From contig CAVXGK010000001.1 in NCBI GenBank assembly GCA_963761305.1, positions 96,001 through 160,000 on the forward strand: DNA of 64,000 bases. Reading direction: 5' to 3'. The notes under the pieces are model-generated. The model saw only the letters and a list, made by a program, of their open reading frames with translations. It had not been told where the DNA came from and made no database searches. The translations under genes and the position numbers were made by a program. Numbering within the stretch: position 1 is the first letter of the stretch; every line of letters begins with the position of its first letter. Of this stretch, positions 37,478 to 47,429 are shown piece by piece. Source of the DNA: an uncultured Gemmatimonadaceae bacterium. Its GTDB lineage: Bacteria > Gemmatimonadota > Gemmatimonadetes > Gemmatimonadales > Gemmatimonadaceae.

Positions 37478-39201
37478 CGGTCTATTGAAGCAGGAGGGGG
37501 AGCGGGGCTCTTGATCAATTCCAGTTCGCGCCGCGCCTGGGGCACCAGCGAGCTGCCAGGATACGTCAGAATCAGGTGCTCGAGGTGGCTGGTGGCCGCG
37601 GTCGTGTCGCCCTTGCGGCGCAAGAGCCGCGCCCACTCGAGCTCGACTTGTGGCGCTTCGGGCGAGTCCTTGTCTTGTTCGAGCACGCGCGTCCAGAGCG
37701 CGACGGCCTGGTCCTCGTTTCCCATCGCGAGGTCGAGCTGCGCCGCGGTGGTGAGCAACAACGACCGCACGACGGGCGTGGAGTCGGCCGCGGCGGCGAA
37801 TTGCTCGGCGGCGCCGGCGCTGTCGCCTTTGGCCAACGCCAGGAACGCGTGCCCCACCGCCGGGGCGCTGTCCACGTGCAGGCGCGCGACCAAGCCGAGC
37901 GCCAGCGCGAGCTCCGGCGAGCTTTCCGTGCCGCCGCGCAACAGTCCGCGCGCGGCTTTCAAATTTCCATCGTAGAGCGCGAGCCATCCGGCGGCGTCGC
38001 TCGAATCGCCCTCTACGCCGGTGGCGGCGAGCGCGGCGCGTGCCTTGACCATGTCGCCGGTGCGCACCCAACCCCACGCGATCGTGCGCGTGAGGGAGTT
38101 CTTGGCGCCCGGCGTGAGAAATTTGTCATACGCGTCGACGAGCTGCTGCGCTTCGACCGGCCGCCCAACGGCCGCCAACGCCTTGACGCGCACCGGCAGG
38201 TACTCGCGCGCGGCCAGCGCCGAATCGTCGCCCGCATCGGTGAGCGGTGCGAGACGCAGAGCGGCGGCGGGATCGCCGGCGTTGAGCGCCGCGGCGGCCG
38301 CGCGGACCGAGAGCGACGTCGTTCGCTTCCAGCGAAGCGCGGACTCGAGCGCTTCGCGGGCGAGCGTCCATCGGTCCTCGGCTTCCGCGCGGTCGGCGAA
38401 GTCGGACCAGGCCGCGGCCGACGTGCTGTCGGGCGGCAGACCCTTGAGCGCGTTCCATCCGTCGGCGAGCGATCCCCACGTTCCCTCGAGGTCGGCGAGC
38501 GCACGCCTGGCGGCGACGTCGATCGGCAGCGCGAGGAAGATGTCGCGAATCTGGTCGCGCGCCGACGACGGGGCCGGCGCGAGCGCGTACGACGCCGCTT
38601 GCGAGAGATAGTCGGCCGTCGAGAGCGCGTCGCGCCACGCGTGCGCCGACTCGATCCACTGCCCTTGCGCGGCCCGCGCCTGCGCGATCTCCAGCGACAG
38701 ATCCTTCGACGAGCCGAGCGCCGCCGTCGCGCGAGCGATCACGCTGTCGGCAGCGAGCGCCCGATTGTGCTGCAACAGCAGTTTGGCGTACTCGCGATAT
38801 GGCGCCGAGTTCGTCGGCTCGTCGCGAATCCATTTGTCGAACGCTTTGCGCAGATCGGCCTCGCGGCCGGTCGCGTCGAGCGTGCGCAGTTGGACGACGC
38901 GGTACATCTCTTCTTTGGGGTTTGATGCTATGAGTGAGTCGAGCGGCGCGACCAGCGAATCCGTCCACCCGAGCTCGGCGTACACGCGCTCGAGGCCGAG
39001 CAGCGCATTCACCCCGGCGGGCGTGCGCAGCACCGAACGGAAGAGCGGCGCCGCCTCTTTGTACTTGCCCGCCGCCTCGAGATCCATCGCGCGATAGAAC
39101 GCCATGGTGTCCGCGGCCTGCGCGACGAGCGGGGTGTGCCAGGCGAACAGAGGGTGCAGCGCCAGCGCGATCAACGCGGCCCTACGGCGGATTCCCCGCA
39201 T
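37474..39201 (-). CDS. Secreted tetratricopeptide-repeat protein
   Basis: Signal peptide, Ala-rich helical repeats, C-terminal 'LILTYPGS'. Confidence 0.8.
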   Translation of the reverse strand: MRGIRRRAALIALALHPLFAWHTPLVAQAADTMAFYRAMDLEAAGKYKEAAPLFRSVLRTPAGVNALLGLERVYAELGWTDSLVAPLDSLIASNPKEEMYRVVQLRTLDATGREADLRKAFDKWIRDEPTNSAPYREYAKLLLQHNRALAADSVIARATAALGSSKDLSLEIAQARAAQGQWIESAHAWRDALSTADYLSQAASYALAPAPSSARDQIRDIFLALPIDVAARRALADLEGTWGSLADGWNALKGLPPDSTSAAAWSDFADRAEAEDRWTLAREALESALRWKRTTSLSVRAAAAALNAGDPAAALRLAPLTDAGDDSALAAREYLPVRVKALAAVGRPVEAQQLVDAYDKFLTPGAKNSLTRTIAWGWVRTGDMVKARAALAATGVEGDSSDAAGWLALYDGNLKAARGLLRGGTESSPELALALGLVARLHVDSAPAVGHAFLALAKGDSAGAAEQFAAAADSTPVVRSLLLTTAAQLDLAMGNEDQAVALWTRVLEQDKDSPEAPQVELEWARLLRRKGDTTAATSHLEHLILTYPGSSLVPQARRELELIKSPAPPPASIDR

Positions 39202-42200
39202 TGATTCGCTTGAAGTATTCCAGAATGGCGCGACGCTCATCGGCGGTGAGGCCGCGCAGCTCGTCCCACGTGGGTTCGTGGAACTTCACCGCCGCCTTCC
39301 CGTTCGCGTTCGTGTTGTCCGGTTGGAATTCGTTTCCGCCCTTGGCCGACGTCGCCTGACGCTTGCCGGTGTCCTCGCGATCTTCTTTCTCGAGCGAGCG
39401 GCCGGCGTCGAGCAAACGGCGGAACAACTGCTGTTGCCGCGCGACCGTCGTCGCGTCGAGGCGACCGCCTTCGAGCGCGTCGGCGAGCTGTTTCGCTTCC
39501 TTGGCCAACTGCGCCGCGCGATCGCCGCCGACGGATTCACCCAACTCGTCGAGTTGTTGCGCGACTTGCCGCTGCTCTCGGGCCAGCGCGCGCGACGTCG
39601 CCTGATTGCCCGCGGACATCGGCTGGCCGACTCCGGGCAACAAGCCCTGCGCCTGCGCGTTGATCGAACCCTGCTTCTTCGCCATGTCCTGCAACTGCTG
39701 CATCATTTCAGCGAAGCCGGTGGCGGAGCTCGACGAATTCGCTTTCTCGCGGTCGCGCGCCAGTGACGCCGCGGCGCGATTGAGCGCGTCGGACGCGTCG
39801 CCCAATGCACTCGCCGCCTGCTGGCTGCCGCGCGCGTCGGCCGTGGACTGAAGCGCCTCCGAGACTTTCTGCTGCGCTTCGGAGACCGAGCGCTCGGAGC
39901 GGCCGGAGAGGAGCGACGTCTTCTGCCCTTCCTGCTGGAGGCGCTGCGCGGCGTTGTCGAGGCCCTGCTTCACGGCGCTCTGCGCGCCGCGCAGATCTTC
40001 CGGCTTCGACTGGCCACTGCGCGCTTGCTGCTCGAGCGTCTGTTCCTGCCGAGCCATCTGCAGCATGTCCTGAATCGACTGATCGAGCGCGTTGGTGAGC
40101 TCGGACTTCCACTCGCCGACTTGTGCGTCGCGCGCCTGTTTCATCGCGTCGGCAGCGCGCTCCATTTGAGAGGCGGCTTCCTGCGCGTTCTGCGACATGG
40201 CGCCGCTCTTTTGTCCGTTCTGCTGGCCGTTTTGCTGGCCATTCTGTTGGCCGTTTTGCTGACCATTCTGGCCACTCTGCGGCTGGCCGCTCGATCCCGT
40301 CTGCTGTTGCTGCTGGCCGCTCGATCCGGTCTGCTGTTGTTGCTGCCCGTTCGATCCTGTCTGCTGCTGCTGCGACGTGCGCGCCGAGTCCTTCTGGGCT
40401 TGCGTTTGCTGGGCCTGCGCCTGCTGCGCTTGCGAATTCTTGTCGCCTGATTGGCGCTGGTCGCCCGCCGCCTGCCGCATCGCGTCTTGTGACGCGTCGG
40501 CGTGCTGCTTGGCTTCCTTCGCGCCGTTGGCGCCGGCGTCGGCCTTGGCGTTGTCGAGTCGGTCCTGAAGCTTCTTCACCTCGTCGGAGAATCGCTGCGA
40601 GCGGTCGGCGAGGTCCCGGGCTTCATCCTTCTGCTTCTGCGCCTCGCTCGGCTTGGCGTTCGACGAATCGGCGAGCTGCTTGTCTTTTTGCGCGATGTCC
40701 TTGGCTTCGTCCTTGAGCGTCTCCATCGAGCCTTCGAGGGCGGCGCGCTTGAGCATCTCGGCGCTCTTCTCGAGCTGCTCGCGAAGCTTCTGCTGCATCG
40801 CCTGGAGATCCTTGAGCGACTGCTGCGCCTGCTCGCGCGACAACTGCTGCGTCGCGTTGTCGAGCTTTTGCATCTGCGCGAGCAGCTCGGGCGTGAGCGC
40901 GTCACGCAACATCGCCTGAGCTTCCTGCAGCTGACGTTGCAACGCGCTGTCCAGCGCGCCTGCCTGCTTCAACTGCTGCTCGAGCGACGCGGCTGTCTGC
41001 TGAAGATTCTTGACCTGGTCGGTGAGCTCGCGCTGATCCTTGGCGACGGCCTTGGCCTTCTCCGCCGCCTCGTACGTCATGTTGCCCTGCTTGCCGTTCG
41101 CGCCGCTCGGCGGCGGTGCGTCGGCCGGCGGGCGCGATCGATCCCGCGCCGCGTCGCTCGTGCGCTCTTGAATCGACTTCTCGGCCTGGGCCGCGGCGCG
41201 CACCTGGCTCACCGCGGAATCCATCGCATCGCGCGCGATGGCGCGACGTTCTTCGAGCGTGGGAATCTTGAGCAGCAGCTCGCGGCTCTCACCGCGCTGT
41301 GCCCACGGCGAATTGTCCGTGGCGACGAACTTCACGTGGAGCGCATCGCCCGGATGCAAATGCAGCGGCGCGAGGTCGAGCGTCGTGCTGCCGTTCCACA
41401 CCGTGCCCGCCGACTCGGCGGCGCGCTCCAACGTCGGCGCTTTCTGGCCGACCCACGAGCTGGCCCAACTCATGATCTCGACGAGGGCGAGTCCGTGGTC
41501 GTCCGTCGCCGTCGCGCGAAGCGTGATGCGATCGTCGCCGGCGACGAGCGTGTCGGTGGCCGGCGCCACGAGATCCACGCGAGGCGCCGAATCGGGCACG
41601 ACCTCGAGCTCGACCGGCGTCGGCACGTCGGCGATCGGGCCAGCGGCCCCCATCGCCATCCACGTGTATCGCCCCGTGTGACGCGCCGAGAAGCGGCCGG
41701 CGAACATGCGATCGTTGGCGTTGAGGTCCACCGTGTCGCCCGACGCGGCGAGACGCACCGAACGCAGCGCCGCCGACGCGCGCCCCGAGACATCGATGAT
41801 CGTTCCGACCGGCACCTTGGCCGGCTCGCCGACGGGCAGTCCTTCAGCCGGTCGCGCGAGGTACGACGGATACGTCGCGCGCATCGACACGGCGCCGACG
41901 AACGGACGGTCGGTGACGTGCACGACGCCAGTGTCGCTCGACACGCGGCCGTCGTTGGCGACGACGCTGAGGTCGCCGCGCAGCGGACCGACTTCGGTCG
42001 TCGCGACGCCTGTGCGCGGATCGACGGTGAGCGTCTGCGTGCGCCAGGCTTCGCCCGGCACGCGCTGCGCGAGCGACACCGTGGTGCGTCGCGCGGCGCT
42101 GACACGAATGCGAACCGTCTCACCGCGGAGCACATCGGGCGGAAGATTCTCGAAGGCGATCTTGGGCAGCAGCGTGCCGTTCCACGCGCTCACCGGATTC

Positions 42201-42715
42201 AAAATCGCCAGCATGCCGTCGTTGAAGTTCGGTACCGCGAAGGCCAACGCGACGGCCGCCATCGTCGCCGCGCCGGTCGCTTGCGCCGCGCCGCGTCGCA
42301 CGAGGCGTCGTTCACCGACGGCGAGCTTGCCGGCGTGGGAGCCGAGTCGTTCGCTCAGCGCCGACGCGGCCTTTCGTCCGAGCGCGCCGGAGTTCGCGAC
42401 TTCGATCACGCCGCGTAGCGAGCCGGCGCGAAGCAACTGCTCGCGTTCGATCGCCGCGGCGACGCTCTGTCGCGTCGCCTTGCGGTCGAGGCGGGCGATC
42501 GTCCACGCGACGACGGCCACGTCGGCGATCAATACGACCAACCAGATCACGAACGGCGTTCCACGCGGAAGCGCGATCCATCGCGCGCTGCCGAGCGCCG
42601 ACGCGCCGACGGCGAGCAACACGCACGTCGCGCCGACAGCGAGGGCTGCGCCGGCCAGGACGTAGAGCCGTCGCAGCCGTGCCCGCTCGCGATCGACGAG
42701 CTCGACGACGGTCAC
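39182..42715 (-). CDS. DUF4175-like membrane/coiled-coil protein
   Basis: N-terminal TMs, 'ATDDHGL', long Gln-rich coiled coil, terminal 'LEYFKR'; GTGA coupling. Confidence 0.8.
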   Translation of the reverse strand: MTVVELVDRERARLRRLYVLAGAALAVGATCVLLAVGASALGSARWIALPRGTPFVIWLVVLIADVAVVAWTIARLDRKATRQSVAAAIEREQLLRAGSLRGVIEVANSGALGRKAASALSERLGSHAGKLAVGERRLVRRGAAQATGAATMAAVALAFAVPNFNDGMLAILNPVSAWNGTLLPKIAFENLPPDVLRGETVRIRVSAARRTTVSLAQRVPGEAWRTQTLTVDPRTGVATTEVGPLRGDLSVVANDGRVSSDTGVVHVTDRPFVGAVSMRATYPSYLARPAEGLPVGEPAKVPVGTIIDVSGRASAALRSVRLAASGDTVDLNANDRMFAGRFSARHTGRYTWMAMGAAGPIADVPTPVELEVVPDSAPRVDLVAPATDTLVAGDDRITLRATATDDHGLALVEIMSWASSWVGQKAPTLERAAESAGTVWNGSTTLDLAPLHLHPGDALHVKFVATDNSPWAQRGESRELLLKIPTLEERRAIARDAMDSAVSQVRAAAQAEKSIQERTSDAARDRSRPPADAPPPSGANGKQGNMTYEAAEKAKAVAKDQRELTDQVKNLQQTAASLEQQLKQAGALDSALQRQLQEAQAMLRDALTPELLAQMQKLDNATQQLSREQAQQSLKDLQAMQQKLREQLEKSAEMLKRAALEGSMETLKDEAKDIAQKDKQLADSSNAKPSEAQKQKDEARDLADRSQRFSDEVKKLQDRLDNAKADAGANGAKEAKQHADASQDAMRQAAGDQRQSGDKNSQAQQAQAQQTQAQKDSARTSQQQQTGSNGQQQQQTGSSGQQQQQTGSSGQPQSGQNGQQNGQQNGQQNGQQNGQKSGAMSQNAQEAASQMERAADAMKQARDAQVGEWKSELTNALDQSIQDMLQMARQEQTLEQQARSGQSKPEDLRGAQSAVKQGLDNAAQRLQQEGQKTSLLSGRSERSVSEAQQKVSEALQSTADARGSQQAASALGDASDALNRAAASLARDREKANSSSSATGFAEMMQQLQDMAKKQGSINAQAQGLLPGVGQPMSAGNQATSRALAREQRQVAQQLDELGESVGGDRAAQLAKEAKQLADALEGGRLDATTVARQQQLFRRLLDAGRSLEKEDREDTGKRQATSAKGGNEFQPDNTNANGKAAVKFHEPTWDELRGLTADERRAILEYFKRINAGNPP

Positions 42716-43401
42716 GGCGTAGGCCGGCTGGTGACGGCGTACACGAACAGGTTCACGCCCATGCGCAGTGCGGCCTCGTGCAGTTCCGGCGGATCGTGAT
42801 AGACCTCGGGATCTTCCCATCCGTTCCCGAGATCGCTGGAGAAGCTGTAATACACCGCGAGCCGGTCACCAAGGAAGATGCCGAACCCGCGCGCGGGGAG
42901 CCCGTCGTGCTCGTGAATCTTGGGGATCCCCTTCGGAAAATCATAGACGATGTGGTAGATCGGATGCGTCAGCGGAACGTCCACCAGCGGGCGGTCGGGA
43001 AAGACCCGCTTGATCTCGCGGCGGAAGCTTTCATCCAATCCATAGTTGTCGTCGACGTGGAGGAAGCCGCCCTTCGCGAGGTAGTCGCGCAGGCGCACGA
43101 TCTCGGCGTCGCTGAAGTGGATGTTGCCGTGCCCCGTGACGTGGATGAACGGATAGTCCCAGAGCTTGTCGTCCATCAGCGTGACGCGCGCTTCGGTCTT
43201 GTCCACCTGGAGCGACGTGCGCTGGCGGATGGCCGCGAGCAGGTTGGGCAGACTCGATGGGTTCGCGTACCAGTCGCCGCCGCCGTCGTACTGCAGCCGG
43301 GCGATGGTGAGCGTGGGCGGCGCCGTGCGCGCGCCTCCGGCCAACGGCAAGAGAGCCGCGAGCGCCACCGTGCGAAATCGACGCAACGTGCCGAAAGTCA
43401 T
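42712..43401 (-). CDS. DUF4159 domain protein
   Basis: 'RLQYDGGGDWY', 'GGFLHVDDNYG', 'DLGNGWED'. Confidence 0.88.
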   Translation of the reverse strand: MTFGTLRRFRTVALAALLPLAGGARTAPPTLTIARLQYDGGGDWYANPSSLPNLLAAIRQRTSLQVDKTEARVTLMDDKLWDYPFIHVTGHGNIHFSDAEIVRLRDYLAKGGFLHVDDNYGLDESFRREIKRVFPDRPLVDVPLTHPIYHIVYDFPKGIPKIHEHDGLPARGFGIFLGDRLAVYYSFSSDLGNGWEDPEVYHDPPELHEAALRMGVNLFVYAVTSRPTP

Positions 43402-44246
43402 TCGCTTGTCTCTTTTTCCTCACGAGCGAGACGATACGCGACGCGCTTCGATACACCCAGCTCCGCGGCGACACGCGCCGACGCATCGCGGGCACTCAGT
43501 CCGGCAGCGCGGAGCGACCGCACTCTCGCCGCCACATCCTCCTCGCTGGCCGCGCGCTCTTCCGCTCCGCCGACGACGAGCACCACTTCCCCGCGCACAG
43601 GGCGTTCCTGATAGTACGCGCGGAGCTCGGTCACCGTTCCTCTCCGGATGTTCTCGAATTGTTTGGTCATTTCGCGGGCCACGACGGCGGGCCGGGGCCC
43701 GCCACCCAGCCCCTCGAGCTCGGCAAGCGTATCCACAAGCCGGTTTGGAGATTCGTACACCACAACCGTGTGTGGAGACGAAGAAATCTCGTCGAGCGCG
43801 GCGCGACGGTCGCGGCCAGTTCGCGGCACGAAGCCGAGGAACAGAAACCGCTCGGCGTCGAGACCCGACGCGACGAGCGCCGCGAGAGCCGCCGACGGGC
43901 CGGGAACGGGGACGACGACGATGCCCGCGTCGATCGCCGCGCGCACGAGCCGCGCGCCGGGATCGGACACGAGCGGCGTGCCGGCGTCGGACACGAGCGC
44001 GAGCGACTCGCCGGCGAGCAGCCGCTCGACCAATCGTGGGGTCGTCTTCGCCTCGTTGTGCTCGTGGTACGACGCCATCGGCGTATGGATGTCGTAACGG
44101 TCGAGCAGATGACGCGAATGCCGCGTGTCTTCGGCGAGCACGAGGGCCACCGACTTGAGCACGTCGACCGCGCGAAAAGAAAAATCCCCCATGTTGCCGA
44201 TGGGGGTGCTGACGACGTACAGGGCGCCCGGCTCCGTTGGAGTCAC
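43398..44246 (-). CDS. rsmI: 16S rRNA C1402 2'-O-methyltransferase
   Basis: 'LYVVSTPIGNMGD', 'AEDTR', 'VSDAGTPLVSDPG', 'YESPNR', 'REMTKQFE'. Confidence 0.96.
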   Translation of the reverse strand: MTPTEPGALYVVSTPIGNMGDFSFRAVDVLKSVALVLAEDTRHSRHLLDRYDIHTPMASYHEHNEAKTTPRLVERLLAGESLALVSDAGTPLVSDPGARLVRAAIDAGIVVVPVPGPSAALAALVASGLDAERFLFLGFVPRTGRDRRAALDEISSSPHTVVVYESPNRLVDTLAELEGLGGGPRPAVVAREMTKQFENIRRGTVTELRAYYQERPVRGEVVLVVGGAEERAASEEDVAARVRSLRAAGLSARDASARVAAELGVSKRVAYRLAREEKETSE

Positions 44247-45218
44247 ACGACCTTCCAGGGCATCTGATCGAACAACCCGGCCGACTGAAAGATGTGCCGG
44301 CGCTCGTAGGTCAGCTCGCGGAACAAGCCCTCGGGCGGCGCGTCGTCCGCGCCCTTGGCCGTCCACAGCACTTCACGAATCCACGCCGCGATGCCCGACG
44401 TGAGCGCCGGCGTGTCGGCAACGGGATCGCTCGCCGCGCGCTCGGTCACGGAGAATGACTTCGAGGACCGGATGGCTCGCGGCGAGCATCACGCGCGCGC
44501 GTTCGGCGAGCTGCGGCGCGTCCTCGTGTCCGCCCTCGGCGATGCGCTTGACCAGCGTGCAGACGAGATCGCGATACGCCTGGACGAGCGCATGCGGCGC
44601 CTGCACCGGCAGCGGCGCCGGCAGCGGCCACCGCGTAACGCGCAGATCGCCGACGCGCCCCTCTCGGCTGAAGAGCTTCGCCACGCGGTCGATCACCGTG
44701 CCGAGCGCGGCGTTCGTGAGAAACGCCTTGGCGATGCTGCCGTTCTTGAGCACGAGATAGTTCACGTGATCGTTGGCGACGATCTCGATGAACCCGTCGA
44801 AGGTCGTGGAGGCGAGATAGGGAAACAGGACCTTCGCGTCGGCGGCGTTCATTCCCGTCGGCCACGGCTCCGGCGCCGTCGTCTCGGCGGCGAAAATGCA
44901 CGCCAGCTCGTCCGGCGACGCTTCGTGAAAGCAGCACTCGCCGTACTCGGGCTCGTGCGGAACCTTCTCGAGCGCGCTGGCGATGGCGATGGCGCGGGAG
45001 CCGCGCGGGTCGCGCACGCTCGCGTTGGCGACCTCGCCGTTCAACAAATAGAAGAGAACGAGCTCGTCGAGCAGCGACACGGCGACGTACCCGGAGATCC
45101 GGGCCGCGCGGTCACGCTTGGCGTCGGTGAGCAGATTGCGGAGGTGGACGTAGGCAAGCCGCGTTCGCGCGAGCAGAACGCGGCTGTGCGGAAACTGAAG
45201 GGCTGCGGGCGTCGGCAT
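44243..45218 (-). CDS. Conserved hypothetical protein, frameshifted near 44460
   Basis: Protein-like frame 'MPTPAALQFP...HPVLE' continues in a different frame as 'SFSVTERAASD...MPWKVV'. Confidence 0.7.
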
Positions 45219-45238
45219 TGGCGCGCGCGGCCCCGTTC

Positions 45239-45568
45239 TTACGCCGCTGAGTGTTGGAGCAGCTTGGCCTCGATGAATTCGCGGCGCACGGCGCCGATGA
45301 TCTGATCGACGACCTTCCCTTCCTTGAAGAACAGTAGCGTCGGAATCGACCGCACGTTGAATCGCGCGCTCGTTCTGACGTTGGCGTCGGTATCGAGCTT
45401 GGTGACCTTCACCTTGCCCTCGTACTCGGTCGCGAGCTGGTCGAGGATCGGCGCGATCATGCGGCACGGGCCGCACCACGTGGCCCAGAAGTCGACGATG
45501 GCCAAGCCACTGTGCTTCTCGACCTCGGCCTCGAACGTGGCGTCGGTAACGTGCATGACGTTCGACAT
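45239..45568 (-). CDS. trxA: Thioredoxin
   Basis: DFWATWCGPC, SIPTL. Confidence 0.97.
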   Translation of the reverse strand: MSNVMHVTDATFEAEVEKHSGLAIVDFWATWCGPCRMIAPILDQLATEYEGKVKVTKLDTDANVRTSARFNVRSIPTLLFFKEGKVVDQIIGAVRREFIEAKLLQHSAA

Positions 45569-45674
45569 GGGATTCCTCAAAAATGATTCGCTCGGGCGCC
45601 CGGATGCTGCGCCGGAGATGGTTGGGCGGGCGAAAACTGACGCGTCCTCGATCCGCTGCCTATAGCTTAATCAC

Positions 45675-46100
45675 ATGGAAAAGGCTCCGAACAGCGCGAA
45701 CGCACGCGGCGGCGCTGTGATCGCGCACATCGGCATCGCCGTTCGCGGCCTCGACGCGAGCGTCTCGTTCTACCGCGACGTGTTGGGCATGCCCGAAGTC
45801 CCGCTCGCCGATTCCGACGGCGCCAACATCGTCGGCTTCGCGGCCGGCGAATCGCTCGTCGAGCTGCTGGAGCCGGCGGCCGATGACTCGCCGATCGGAA
45901 AATTCGTCGCCAAGCGCGGCAGCGGATTGCATCACGTCTGCTTCGCCGTGCCCGATCTCGATGGCGCGCTCGCGCGCTGCCGGGAGTTCGGCGTCCGCCT
46001 CATCGACGAGACGCCGCGCATGGGCGCCGAGGGCAAGCGCATCGCCTTCCTGCACCCGTCATCCACGTCCGGGGTGCTGGTCGAGCTGACCGAGCGTTGA
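45675..46100 (+). CDS. mce: Methylmalonyl-CoA epimerase (VOC family)
   Basis: 'HIGIAV', 'ELLEP...SPIGKF', 'GLHHVCF', 'AFLHP..T.GVLVEL'. Confidence 0.92.
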   Translation: MEKAPNSANARGGAVIAHIGIAVRGLDASVSFYRDVLGMPEVPLADSDGANIVGFAAGESLVELLEPAADDSPIGKFVAKRGSGLHHVCFAVPDLDGALARCREFGVRLIDETPRMGAEGKRIAFLHPSSTSGVLVELTER

Positions 46101-46132
46101 CCGGCGCCGCCAGGCGCCGGGTCGCCGGCGCA

Positions 46133-46616
46133 TCACGCGACGCAGATCGAGTGCAGCGGCTGCAGGTCCACGGACTGCACGAACCAGCGATGGTCGGGTC
46201 CGGGCACGACGGTCAGGTGGGTGGTGTTCTGCGAGTTCGTGATACACGACGTTCACCACCATGTCGCGCGTGCCACTCTCGCTCGGCGCCTCGCCGAGCA
46301 CGTCGTACCGATCGTGCTTGAGACACTTGAGCATGATCAGCTCACGCTTCTCGAGCTCCTCGCGCGGGATGGCGTTGCGCGTCGGTCCGTTCGCTGATCC
46401 CCACCACAGGGACAGCGACTGAATGCTCTGAACCTTCGCCGCGGCCATGAAGCCGCGCACGGCGCTCGTCGCGTCGGCGCCGCCCGGCGCGCCGGTTGGG
46501 GCGCTGGTTGCGGCGCTGGCTGGAGCGCTGGCCATCAGCCCCGGAGCAGGTGTCGGAGCCGACGCGCATGCAGCGAGCGCCACGAACGCGAAACCCATCG
46601 TGATTACTTTCTTCAC
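46133..46616 (-). CDS. Hypothetical lipoprotein, frameshifted near 46230
   Basis: Lipobox LAAC; the reading frame switches to 'TTHLTVVPGPDHRWFVQSVDL'. Confidence 0.65.
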
Positions 46617-46658
46617 ACGAACCCCCTGTGACCAAAGACCAGCGACCCGTTTCCTGAG

Positions 46659-47384
46659 ATGCATCAGCGTCTCTACATCAACGTCGACCACATCGCGACG
46701 CTGCGCCAAGCGCGTCGCTCGATCTTTCCGGACCCCGTCGAGGGCGCCGTGGCGTGCGAGCTCGCCGGCGCCGACGGCATCACCGCCCACCTCCGCGAGG
46801 ACCGCCGTCACATTCAGGACGACGACGTGCACCGTCTCGCCACAACCGTCACCACGGTGTTCAACCTGGAGATGGCGTGCACCGACGAGATGCTCGCCAT
46901 CGCCGAGCGGCTCCGGCCGCACCAGGTGACGCTCGTCCCTGAGCGCCGCGAGGAAATCACGACGGAAGGTGGTCTCGACGTCCGCCGGGAGAAGGACCGA
47001 ATCGCCGCCGGCGTGGCGCGGTTGAACGCCGCCGGCATTCGCACGAGTCTGTTCATCGCCCCGGACCGCGAGACCGTGGACGCGTCGCGTGCCGCCGGCG
47101 CGGCGGCCATCGAGCTGCACACCGGCGCCTATTCCCATCGCGCGGACGACCCCGCGAAACTGCACGCGCTCCGTGACGCCTCGGCTCACGGGGCGTCGAT
47201 TGGGTTGGCAGTGCATGCAGGACACGGATTGACGACGGCGAATGTGCGGCCCGTCGCAGCGATTCCGGAGATCGAAGAGCTGAATATCGGTCACTGGGTC
47301 ATCAGCCGTGCCATCTTCACCGGTTTGGCGGAAGCGGTTCGTGAGCTGCGCGCGGCGATGGACTCCGCTCGAGCACCTTTCTAG
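46659..47384 (+). CDS. pdxJ: Pyridoxine 5'-phosphate synthase
   Basis: 'NVDHIATLRQAR', 'HLREDRRHIQ', 'IELHTG', 'HAGHGL', 'ELNIGH'. Confidence 0.98.
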   Translation: MHQRLYINVDHIATLRQARRSIFPDPVEGAVACELAGADGITAHLREDRRHIQDDDVHRLATTVTTVFNLEMACTDEMLAIAERLRPHQVTLVPERREEITTEGGLDVRREKDRIAAGVARLNAAGIRTSLFIAPDRETVDASRAAGAAAIELHTGAYSHRADDPAKLHALRDASAHGASIGLAVHAGHGLTTANVRPVAAIPEIEELNIGHWVISRAIFTGLAEAVRELRAAMDSARAPF

Positions 47385-47429
47385 CTTGCTGGCGCTCGGG
47401 CGAAGGCAATCGGATCACTCGGAGGACGG

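Noticed and set aside
40200..40440. Short tandem repeats (QNGQ, QQQQTGSSG)
   Set aside because: Low-complexity linker within the DUF4175-like coding sequence; not a separate element.
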